DNA from: Negaprion brevirostris
Lineage: Eukaryota
Assembly (NCBI GenBank): GCA_030324005.1
Contig: JARDVH010000031.1
Location: 52,586,832-52,650,600 of the forward strand
Length of the DNA: 63,769 nucleotides
Direction: 5' to 3'
The translations under genes were made by a program, and so were the position numbers. The notes beneath the pieces are model-generated. The model did not search any database. It worked only from the letters and a program-made list of their open reading frames with translations, and had not been told where the DNA came from. Shown here piece by piece: positions 51,901 to 58,950 of the stretch (positions are counted from its first letter, which is position 1; each line of letters starts with the position of its first letter).

Positions 51901-54900
51901 CTGCCTGCAGGACACACACACTTGGTTTTTCCCCTCTCCCACTCAGGTGATGCAAATGTAAAACAGCATTATCAAAACAGCAGTAGATGTTAAGCTTCCT
52001 CATCAATTATCCATCCATCCATTCATCAGCCCTTCCTCCCTGAGTATGTATGTGTTGTTTCTGAATAGTGCACTGGGTAAACATCATGGCACATACACAA
52101 ATGCTGGACTGTGTGTTAATGTGCAAGATACCAGACATCACAAACTATGAGGAAGTGCTAATTCTTTTGGTTTATGTTGCTTTTGTTAAGAAAGTTACAT
52201 TTATTAGATGATTATGTTTTGGGACAGTGTCTTTAATTTCAGATAAAATGGAGGAATGAAGGGGGGAATCGTGTGATTTACTCCAAATTCTGCTCCACAA
52301 CAAGGCTGGGTTGCTATTGGGACAGGGGAGCACAACTTGACATTCTGGGAGGAAGGTACAAGGTATTCAAACCTGTAAACAATGACAATGAGTAGCTGTG
52401 CTGACTCTGGATGGACTTTCAGTCCCCAAACTTCGAATACAAGAATATAAGAAATAAAAGCAGGGGTAGGAACAGGGTGTAATCATCTGTTGAATGCTGT
52501 CCTTTGAGTAATTTGGCAAAGGATCCCTGTGAACACTGGGGAGGATCTGTTGTTCAGGTTCTGCAGTATCTGGGCTGAGGCTTCAAGAAAGTCAGAGAAA
52601 ATCATGATCTACCAGACAGCATTTGCGAAATGCAGCCAGCACATTGTCTTCTCATCACACATCTTTTGGAATGTCTGTCAAAATCTCTATGTTCTCTGGC
52701 CTACATATCTGAAATGTGGTGTCAACTTCTTCAAAGGCATTTTACTCTTTGGGCTTCCTGTCTCTGTCTTATTCTCTCTTTCCTTGTCCATTACAAAATG
52801 AAGTGGGAGTTGAGTCATCACAAGGGGCAGCTTGCTATTTTACTTCCAAAATTGCCTGTAAATGTGCTTTTCTGTAGCAGCAAAAGATGATGGAGGCTTC
52901 AATCTTCTCTTGGTCAACTGATCTGCACTTGCTTCAAGTGACCAGAGGTGCCTGCAACCAGATTTGGGGTGCACAATAAGAAGAGACCCCAGTCGGACAA
53001 GAGTAATTAGAAGAACTTGCATCCAACATTGAAGATGATTTGGAAGATATGTGGGCAGGGATTCATTTAGAAGAAGAGTTTGATGGACAAGTTGATCATA
53101 TTAACTCAGTTAAGCAGAACGTTTCACACTCTGTAATTTGCACCTTGAGAGAGATGTGCAACCTGACCAGAAATGCCGAAGAAACTCGAGACCCCAGCAT
53201 TCAATTAGTTTCTTTCTTTACTGGCACAATCAAGAGACCTTCCACTGCATACTATCTGGCTCTGTGAATTTAAAATAAACAGTCAGATTTTCACACACCT
53301 GATATATTCTTCAAGCGTACAGGAGCTAGATTCAAATCAGATGTACACTTGATTGGGAGGATATCACTGTTGTCACAAACTATACTTTCCTTATTTATTT
53401 GAGATGGACTTTACTATTTAGCTGCATGCAGGAAAAGAAAGTTGTTGACTTATGGAAGTCACATTGTATAGTTTGTTGGTGTCCAACTAAGAATCTCGAT
53501 ATATAGTATGGAGAAAAGAAGATAGCACATTTATTTAAAAGTGCTGTAGTTCTTATATTGCTATGATGATACCTTACTGGTTTTTGACAAGTAGATAGGG
53601 CACAGGATTTGCAGTTAACAGCTACCATGCAGAGCTGCGTACTTGAACTTGGACTCCAATGACAAGTTCTGTGCAATTTTGTTTACACACAAAACACAGC
53701 AGTCTGCTCCTTGGCTAGTAAATTATTGTTTGAGAAGTAAATGGGGCTTTCATTTACAAATCCAGGGCTTGGCATATTGGACAGGAGTTGCACTCTAACA
53801 TAATGAGCCAAAGTTGTGTGAAACAGCCTCTGTCACCAACCAGAAAGCAAGGTGACTTTGGAACTACAGTCACTTCTGCAAAATAAAAACTGCTTTACAA
53901 CAATGCAAAACCACAGTTCAACGGCATCTTTAGTTTTCTCCTTTTTCTGATTCAGTTATTTGAAAACTTTTGATATCATGTTCAAGTTCAAAGATCAAAG
54001 CTAAACAAACCAAGCTTTGCAAATGTTTTGCAGATGATACTGTGCTGCTTCCTTGGATTAATATTTTCTACTGATACTCATATATTTAATATCCTATTTG
54101 TCTAGCTGTTTCACAAGAACACTAACAATATTCGGCTAATAATTAAAGTCCTGTAAAGCTTTGTCTAACAGCATTCTATGAAAAGCCACACTACACAGAT
54201 TGGAAAGGATTTAGCAGAGAAACTGCAATAAGTGATGGCGTTCCCAGTGGTATCCACATCCCAAGAATTAATTTTTAAAAACTTGGATAGTGTTGGCACT
54301 TTATTCATTGCACTTGATATCCTTTAACTAATAATTACATTTCCGCAATGATCTAGTTTTGGGGCAGAAGTATTTGAAGCCAGGGTTTGCTAATAGAGTG
54401 ATGGATGTGGGCAGTACTCAGTACAGAACATTGGCCAGACCATTCTGCAAACCAATTCCAAAGTTGGAAGAGAATGGCTGGAAAAAATAACTATTTTCTG
54501 ACATTATTAAATTATAATAATGTACATGAAAACCCACAGAACTAATGCAAAAATTGCCATTATAATGCAGCCTTATACGATCATGATGTCCTGTCTCTTA
54601 TTCAAAACTCTTGTCTTATTAGCTGTTCCTTCTTCACATCATTCAAAGTTTTAAATATATTAACCATTTCAGTGCTGTGGGTGACTGTCATTTCCTAGTT
54701 ATGTCTTTGGTTTTTCCTTTATCGCCAGCAACTGGTAATTTTAAACATAATAACTCCTCAGCGTTCACCAACACTAAATATTTAGTCATTTGCTCAACAA
54801 TTGACTTTCTCCCTCATTTTACCGTTAAATTACAATCAAATAATAGACTAAGTGCCGCTTTCAATTTTACTTTATTGAATAATCATTTCATAGGGTTAAC

Positions 54901-55946
54901 TAAAGAAGAATTCTGTCTCAGATTAGAGTTATATCTCTGTTGCTTACCCATAAACATGAATTTAAAAAGACCTTTTTTGGGATGGGCAGGAAAGTGTCTC
55001 AAAATATCTTTAAAGATTTCAATTTGCAAATCGGTATTTGCGTGTGAAATGCATTGTACATATAGCAAAGGTAAAATAAATAAAATATTTTAGAATTCAT
55101 GCTTTTCGAAGTCTATAAAATATAAAACTAGTCTGTTAATTGCTCATACCTATCAATTTAATCTAAAAACAAAAGAAAATTCAATAGCTAGTGCTATGAT
55201 ATAGAATAAAAGCAAAGGGAAACTTTTACACACAAATTAAAGAAACGTTAAGTGAATTCCTGTGTATTTCTGAGTTGTTCTGAATACGCGAAGGGCCAAA
55301 GGATATCAGAAAGTAACCTGAAAAGGCACATACATCATGAGAAACTGATGGTGATTGATTACAAACCCACACATAAATCCCTGCACAGCTATTCGACTCC
55401 AATTTTTTTCACCTGCAGACTGCAGAGACATGAACAAATTAATAGTAATGAAAACTGTCAATAAATGAATCTGCGAGCGCTGGAATCAAACTGTCCTCGA
55501 CCATGTTTGACTGAAGGACAAGTTCAAAACAAACTTAAGTCAAATCCAAACAACCAACTTAAGGGTTTCATGTGTGTTTGACCAATGGATGGGGAAGCCC
55601 CTCTCATTTCCCTTTTTTTGTAATTTTAATTACTTCACGCAAACTTCTCGTAATTTATAAGCAATTATAACTGAAGTTCACTCTTCAAATCCCACACACG
55701 CCCACTGAAGAATGCTAGCGGTTCAGTGAGCCGTGCCTCCCCGGGGTCCACCCGGCTGGAGCCGCTCCTGTTCCTCCCCAAGCAGCCCGAAGTCGGAAAA
55801 GTTTTACCACCGATCCCCGGGTTCCACTTACTCAACAACCTGGACAACTGGCTCCCATTCAGGGGCGAAGCGGTTCCGTCTGCTTCCTGCGAGGAAGCTT
55901 CAAAGCAGCAACACCAGAGCAACATCCACTGCAGGAACCGAGCCAT
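827..55946 (-). CDS. PLA2R1: Secretory phospholipase A2 receptor, spliced gene span, coding exons 1-15 (3' end lies beyond the window start)
   Basis: 15 exons join in frame with no stops and all introns are GT-AG. Domain order is SP-CysR-FNII-CTLD1-4. Motifs match recalled human PLA2R1: MLWKWVS, CYQFNLL.LSW.EA, FHx[37 protein letters not shown]. Confidence 0.93.
2290..2422 (-). mobile_element. CR1-type LINE 3' UTR fragment (related copy at about 62145-62400)
   Basis: aagaacataagaaa(c/t)aggagcaggagtaggccatctagccctt is shared with 62148-62218. Confidence 0.7.
2447..2720 (+). mobile_element. V-SINE (HE1-like), partial
   Basis: V-domain tgtgggagtttgcgcattctccccgtg...ccaaagatgtgc plus a LINE-like tail. 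Confidence 0.75.
3280..3695 (-). mobile_element. CR1/HER1 LINE 3' fragment (ORF2 C-terminus and tail)
   Basis: [17 protein letters not shown]...[31 protein letters not shown]. Confidence 0.9.
4392..4490. mobile_element. Short MITE (Harbinger-like terminal inverted repeats, TIRs) inserted in a PLE hammerhead remnant
   Basis: Ends ggtgggatttt / aaagttccagc; related copies at about 63115-63220 and 63567-63690. Confidence 0.6.
5206..5290 (-). CDS. PLA2R1: PLA2R1 exon 14 (CTLD4)
   Basis: Manual translation [28 protein letters not shown]; ttctag| acceptor, |GTAAGT donor; 85 bp. Confidence 0.94.
5479..6274. mobile_element. Non-autonomous TIR element carrying a V-SINE fragment (about 6099-6230, minus strand)
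   Basis: Internal inverted repeat 5612-5638 / 6063-6090; terminal aaaattccaccc. Confidence 0.5.
8415..8706 (-). mobile_element. V-SINE (HE1-like) with CR1-derived tail
   Basis: Head and V-domain plus catagaatagaatccctacagt tail. Confidence 0.85.
9525..9702 (-). mobile_element. V-SINE (HE1-like), partial
   Basis: tttggactgtggaaggaaactggagcaccc...gaattgaacctgggttcctggcactgtgaggc. Confidence 0.8.
9903..11440 (+). mobile_element. CR1 LINE 3' fragment split by a TIR element (CR1 parts 9903-10194 and 11226-11440)
   Basis: [12 protein letters not shown] motif; the ttttacacaga / acagaatgataggtg junction restores FTQRxxxxWNAL. Confidence 0.85.
10195..11225. mobile_element. Harbinger-like non-autonomous DNA transposon with an internal minisatellite of about 50 bp (10560-10700)
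   Basis: TIRs gggtcctattttagcat / atggtaaaatggggccc (14 of 17 match); flanking triplets aga/aca; related end at 17397-17762. Confidence 0.7.
11476..11690. mobile_element. Penelope-derived fold-back element with hammerhead remnants
   Basis: aaagcaaaatactgcagatgctgg...gttaacctttcagg arm and an inverted arm cattaactct...agatgctgc. Confidence 0.6.
11777..11922 (-). CDS. PLA2R1: PLA2R1 exon 13 (CTLD4)
   Basis: [49 protein letters not shown]; 146 bp, phase 0-2. Confidence 0.94.
12727..12938 (-). CDS. PLA2R1: PLA2R1 exon 12 (CTLD3 C-part, start of CTLD4)
   Basis: [33 protein letters not shown]...[16 protein letters not shown]; 212 bp, phase 1-0. Confidence 0.94.
13141..13310 (-). CDS. PLA2R1: PLA2R1 exon 11 (CTLD3)
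   Basis: Manual translation [56 protein letters not shown]; 170 bp, phase 2-1. Confidence 0.94.
13502..13682. mobile_element. Short MITE with GG(C/T)WGGA(A/T)TTT-type TIRs (similar elements at about 4668-4783, 14558-15165, 27050-28276, 48549-48675)
   Basis: ggcaggattttcc ... agaaaattccaacc. Confidence 0.55.
16150..16262 (-). mobile_element. Possible Harbinger Myb/SANT-like ORF relic
   Basis: Translation [24 protein letters not shown] resembles the PRTxxQCRKKFNDL motif. Confidence 0.4.
16889..16995 (-). CDS. PLA2R1: PLA2R1 exon 10 (CTLD3 N-part)
   Basis: [36 protein letters not shown]; 107 bp, phase 0-2. Confidence 0.93.
17205..17296 (+). mobile_element. V-SINE V-domain fragment running into a gap
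   Basis: gtttgcacattctccttgtgtctgcgtgggtttcc...ccaaagatgtgcgggttagg. Confidence 0.8.
17397..17762 (-). mobile_element. End of a Harbinger-like non-autonomous element (same family as 10195-11225), CpG-rich
   Basis: Terminal aaaatggtaaattcgggccc; shares a ggagctc..aactgcgc block with 10370-10430. Confidence 0.6.
18908..19188 (+). mobile_element. V-SINE, near full length, 'ttcacagtaacttcattgcagtg' tail type
   Basis: tRNA-like A/B boxes, V-domain, tail ending aataaataaac. Confidence 0.85.
20826..20933 (-). CDS. PLA2R1: PLA2R1 exon 9 (CTLD2 C-part and linker)
   Basis: Manual translation [36 protein letters not shown]; aacag| acceptor, |GTGAG donor; 108 bp. Confidence 0.93.
22348..22505 (-). CDS. 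PLA2R1: PLA2R1 exon 8 (CTLD2)
   Basis: [52 protein letters not shown]; 158 bp, phase 1-0. Confidence 0.94.
23312..23410. mobile_element. Short MITE inserted in a PLE hammerhead remnant (23279-23450)
   Basis: gtgtggaatttt ... cattccggcc, flanked by act/att. Confidence 0.6.
23922..24110 (-). CDS. PLA2R1: PLA2R1 exon 7 (CTLD2 N-part)
   Basis: [37 protein letters not shown]...NQFKN; G|GTGAGT donor; 189 bp. Confidence 0.94.
24140..24500 (-). mobile_element. DeuSINE (SacSINE1/AmnSINE-like); other fragments at about 30040-30310 and 33815-34010
   Basis: Reverse complement of the Deu domain: ggagaacacccctcttttt...gcctcggtttacagtctcatcc. Confidence 0.65.
25338..25484 (-). CDS. PLA2R1: PLA2R1 exon 6 (CTLD1 C-part)
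   Basis: [49 protein letters not shown]; 147 bp, AG/GT boundaries. Confidence 0.93.
25692..25997 (+). mobile_element. V-SINE, near full length, same tail type as 18908-19188
   Basis: gtggcacagtggttagcactgctgcctcacagc head, V-domain and tail. Confidence 0.87.
26202..26315 (-). CDS. PLA2R1: PLA2R1 exon 5 (CTLD1, WIGL motif)
   Basis: Not in the ORF track. Manual translation [37 protein letters not shown]; tacag| acceptor, G|GTATTT donor; 114 bp. Confidence 0.94.
28623..28787 (-). CDS. PLA2R1: PLA2R1 exon 4 (CTLD1 N-part)
   Basis: [55 protein letters not shown]; tag| acceptor, |GTAAGT donor; 165 bp. Confidence 0.95.
28874..29047 (-). CDS. PLA2R1: PLA2R1 exon 3 (fibronectin type II domain)
   Basis: [55 protein letters not shown]; 174 bp, AG/GT boundaries. 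Confidence 0.96.
   Translation of the reverse strand, partial: KFILYLETPVGCLVLCHLNIIINGTTTALMKEEKINSFGVQLPAAMMSMKYGDFVQI
31183..31460 (-). mobile_element. Rex-Babar LINE 3' end fragment
   Basis: Closely similar to 40575-40760 plus 41041-41125; ttgatttgatttattattgtcac tail. Confidence 0.75.
32345..32485 (-). mobile_element. Penelope-like element terminal fragment
   Basis: cagatgctgccagacctgctgagattttccagc tail shared with 34690-34750 and 40915-41035. Confidence 0.75.
32445..32483 (-). ncRNA. Degenerate minimal type I hammerhead ribozyme motif (U3-A8 variant)
   Basis: agct-UUGACAA-a-ggggc atctg gactt-GAAA-g-GUC-agct. Confidence 0.5.
33365..33384. repeat. Perfect 20-bp palindrome of alternating purine/pyrimidine
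   Basis: gcgtgcgcacgtgcgcacgc equals its own reverse complement. Confidence 0.9.
34135..34750 (-). mobile_element. Penelope-like retroelement fragment: GIY-YIG endonuclease C-terminus (minus, about 34290-34535) with an inverted terminal segment (plus, about 34535-34750)
   Basis: [18 protein letters not shown]...[39 protein letters not shown]. Confidence 0.85.
34658..34697 (+). ncRNA. Degenerate minimal type I hammerhead ribozyme motif (U3-A8 variant)
   Basis: agct-UUGAAAA-aa-ggatc gtctg gactc-GAAA-u-GUC-agct. Confidence 0.5.
36120..38930 (-). mobile_element. Cluster of old L2/CR1-group LINE fragments (L2-like 36120-36540 and 37650-38930, interrupted by another LINE at about 36550-37600)
   Basis: L2-like AVSCPELWN motif and tail; ggccagcatttattccccatcc tail also seen at about 12040-12100. 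Confidence 0.6.
40761..41040. mobile_element. Penelope-derived fold-back insertion inside the Rex-Babar LINE
   Basis: Inverted arms at about 40767-40815 and 40915-40968; it interrupts aagtct|agcagggaag, which is nearly contiguous at 31364-31390. Confidence 0.8.
40796..40834 (-). ncRNA. Degenerate minimal hammerhead motif (U3-A8 variant, A9 altered)
   Basis: agtt-UUGAUAC-a-ggatc atctg gactt-GAAAC-GUC-agct. Confidence 0.45.
43100..43810 (+). mobile_element. PIF/Harbinger transposase relic (HARBI1-like DDE), disrupted
   Basis: [19 protein letters not shown]; [21 protein letters not shown]; AIAGF; [14 protein letters not shown]; [15 protein letters not shown]; contains stops and frameshifts. 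Confidence 0.85.
44700..44910 (-). mobile_element. L2-like LINE tail (similar at about 33170-33362)
   Basis: ctttgcatttacatagcatatttaatgtagtaaaacatcccaag tail. Confidence 0.6.
45125..45520 (+). mobile_element. Decayed CR1 LINE 3' fragment (similar at about 47610-48020, 57540-57920, 61690-62095)
   Basis: ttttctcccagtgaatggtgaggatctggaacgcactg ([12 protein letters not shown]) and ggccaaatg tail. Confidence 0.7.
45700..46083 (-). CDS. PLA2R1: PLA2R1 exon 2 (cysteine-rich ricin-B domain)
   Basis: [15 protein letters not shown]...[23 protein letters not shown]...GPCEHPYE; cag| acceptor, G|GTAAGA donor; 384 bp, phase 1-1. Confidence 0.95.
46275..46455 (-). mobile_element. V-SINE 3' tail fragment
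   Basis: catagaatccttacagtgcagaaggtggccatttggcccatc. Confidence 0.75.
48026..48370 (+). mobile_element. V-SINE (HE1-like) spanning a gap
   Basis: Head, then 100 N, then tail gggccaaatggcctctttctgcattgtag. Confidence 0.85.
50138..50426 (+). mobile_element. V-SINE (HE1-like); partial copy at about 50985-51170
   Basis: Head, V-domain and CR1-type tail. Confidence 0.85.
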
Positions 55947-56120
55947 TATTGAGCTGTGAAGCTGAGATCCTTTCTCATCAAAGGAACTAACTGTGCGCCT
56001 TCCACAGCAGAAGCAAGTGGAGTGAGGCTCCTGAGATACACCAACCTTCTCCCCTAACCTCGGCACGTCACTGCTTAGTGTGGTACAATGTTTCCGCCTC
56101 AATGTACAATATAACACGCC
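55690..56120 (-). promoter_or_regulatory. CpG-rich promoter / first-exon region of PLA2R1
   Basis: Local CpG enrichment against a CpG-depleted background around exon 1; TGACGTG (CRE/ATF-like) on the minus strand at 56064-56070. Confidence 0.55.
55832..55946 (-). CDS. PLA2R1: PLA2R1 exon 1 (signal peptide [38 protein letters not shown])
   Basis: ATG in AATAATGG context, hydrophobic N-terminus, phase-1 donor A|GTAAGT matching the exon 2 acceptor, CpG-rich surroundings. Confidence 0.8.
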
Positions 56121-58609
56121 CTCTCACAGCTACTCTCATCAATGGCTTCTGTCACAAGCTTTATGATCCGTTTGATTTCGCTCATGTGATTCATTCCTTC
56201 TTCAAACGTATTTACACTATTACATATAGACTGCTTTCTTTAGCTCCCCTCCAATATGACAGCAATATCCCATTTATCAAACCGCTACTTAACACTCAAA
56301 ACATTTATATAAACTCAAACCTCTGCGAATCTGAAATCAAAACAAAGTACTGAGAAACCTCAGCAGATCCAGCAGCATCTGTGGTAAAAAGAAACAGAGC
56401 AAACAGAGTTCAATGTGACTCTTCTTTAGAATGTAAAGTAGCCAAGTCTGGAGGCAGCAAAAGCATGAGTGAGAATTTCAGTAGCATCAACTGAAGCAGG
56501 GGCAGAAATAAAAGGGGTGGTTTTCCAGGCTTGCTGTGCCTGATGCAGATCCTGGAAAATTGTTTGAACTTTTGTGCCCGGCACCAAACGAGTTGCAATC
56601 ATCTCAATCCCTTTCTATTGCCGCAAACCAGATTGTGCCCAGAAATGAAATAGATTAGCAGATTTAAAGTAGCACTTAAATATGCTTAGCTCATTCAACT
56701 CCAGATTCTCCCAGCTCCCAGGATCTTTGAACCCTTGTTCATGGCGCAAGCCCGTCGAGAATAACTACTGGTCTCCACTATGATGGCCTGACATGATGGC
56801 CATGCCAGGAGACACAGACCATTTAACCCCCACGCCCCCTCGGGTGGTTAGGGACATNNNNNNNNNNNNNNNNCTGGGCTGTGCCCATCTGGTGGTATCT
56901 ACATGGCACTATTGGGCACTGCCTGTGTGTGCCAGGGCAGTGCCAAGGAAGTGGGGCCTGAGTGCAGGTAGGACCTGATGGGAGGCTATGACAGGGGGCT
57001 ATGAGGCGGTCATGAAGGAGTGGGGCATGAAAGGGTGGGTCATAAAGGGGATCATGTTGGGGTTTATGATGGGGAGGCATATCGGGGACCATGCAGGGAA
57101 CACCATTGGGAGAGATTGAATGACAGAACTGTTGATATTCCAAAGCCAAAGAATGACCTAAAAGAGGCCAAAGCCAAAGAATGGTGATTGGGCAAGAAAA
57201 GAAACGAAAGTTATGAACCATGTTTGTCTTTTTATGGGGTGATCCGCCAAGAGCATCATGTGATCCAGGTTTCCAAACAGTGACCAGGTGTCCAGAATTT
57301 GTAATTGTAACAGTCAAGATAAATTAAAAAATAACTTATTAAACATTATTTTCTCAAGATGATTTCAATGTTGTGCCATAATTGGTTTTCAAAGTTAATG
57401 TTATTATTTATTGTAAAACAATTTCTTTTTCATTGATATGTACTACAAGAATTAAAATTATTAAAACATTCATCGGATACAATTCCCTGGGTATTCCAAT
57501 TCTTGGACATTTCATCTGAGTTTGGCAATGAGCACAGGCTAGGTACATGTTCTACTGAATGCAGAGAAGTCTAAGAGAAAATTTGATAGTGGTGCTTAAA
57601 ATCATGACGTGTTTGGCTTGAAGAAATAAAAAGGTATCCTTTCCAAAGAGGGTGAAAAACTAGAGGATACAGATTTAAGGTGAAATAATCCTGAGGCAAT
57701 TAGAAGAAAAGAATCTCTGAAAACATGTTGAAATACATTGGAGTGGGAACATATCCAGTAGCATCCTTCAAAAGGTGATTAAATAAACACTTAAAGGATG
57801 AAAAATTGCGGGGATGTGGGGAAAAAGCAGGGGAGACTGGATTAGTCTTTGAAAGATGCAGAAGCCAATGTACACTTGATGGCTGAATGCCTCTTTCGGT
57901 GCAGTACTATTCTATAATCCTAGATCCAAAATAAGTAGAGGGAGAGGGAACATTCTGGTTTGTTGCTGATTTAAATAACATTAATCACATGCAAATCCAA
58001 ATCCTGATGACTGCCATGACAGTCGAGACCACAAGTTTGCGCTTCAGTTCTCACTGTTTGGAAACCAATTTTTTTCCCTCCTGCCCCTGCCCTCCACAAA
58101 CCCTGCCACTGGAGGGAGGAGAAAATTCCAACCAATGTTCCTCTACTTTCTGGGGCCAGAATTAACAGAAAGAGAAAAGACAACCTACTGTCTGAGATAG
58201 TCGTGTTTCAAAGCAAGAGACAGAGCTGATGTCCTGAGCTAGAATCAAGACATCAGTGGTTGGAAATAGTTTGAAAGCAAAATAATGCCTAAGATTCTAG
58301 GTTGGTCCACAAAAGGGACCTTGTAATTTCCCATATAATTGGGGAGTGAAGTGAGGGTCAATGATTTGAGTATTAGTTTATAAGTTCACTTGCTTTCTCT
58401 GAAATATCACAGCTAACAAACATATCTTGTCACATCTGAGCAAATCTTTCTCAGTCTGTCTCAAAAAGACTAGTAAAATGCATGTGAGGCATATTAAAGA
58501 CATGGAAGGAGAAATTCATTCACATAGCATTGCTACTCAGATTTATGATAATTCACAAGGGACTGCACTGTTCTTCATTGATATCATGGAATTCACAGGG
58601 AATTTCACA

Positions 58610-58950
58610 GGGTGGCATGGTAGCACAGTGCTTAGCACTGCTGCTTCAGAGCTCCAAGGACTTGGGTTCAATTCCCAGCTTGGGTCACTGTCCGTATGGA
58701 GTTTGCACATTCTTCTTGTATCTGCATGGGTTTCCTCCGGGTGCTCTGGTTTCCTCCCACAGTCCAAAGGTGTGCAGGTTAGGTTGATTGGCCATGCTAA
58801 AAATTGCCCCTTCGAATCCTGAGATGTGTAGGTTAGAAGGATTAGTGGGTATATATGTAGGGATAGTGGGGTAGGGCCTGGATGGGATTGTGGTTGGTGC
58901 AGACTCAATGGGCCAAATGGCCTCTTCCTGCACTGAAGGGTTTCTATGAT
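58610..58950 (+). mobile_element. V-SINE (HE1-like), full length
   Basis: ggtggcatggtagcacagtgcttagcactgctgc head, V-domain, tail gggtttctatga. Confidence 0.88.

Noticed and set aside
827-55946. Alternative identity as MRC1, MRC2 or LY75
   Set aside because: The CTLD3 and CTLD4 motifs (YYC..VTI.NRFEQAF, FHx[16 protein letters not shown]) fit PLA2R1 best, and no Ca2+/sugar motifs are present.
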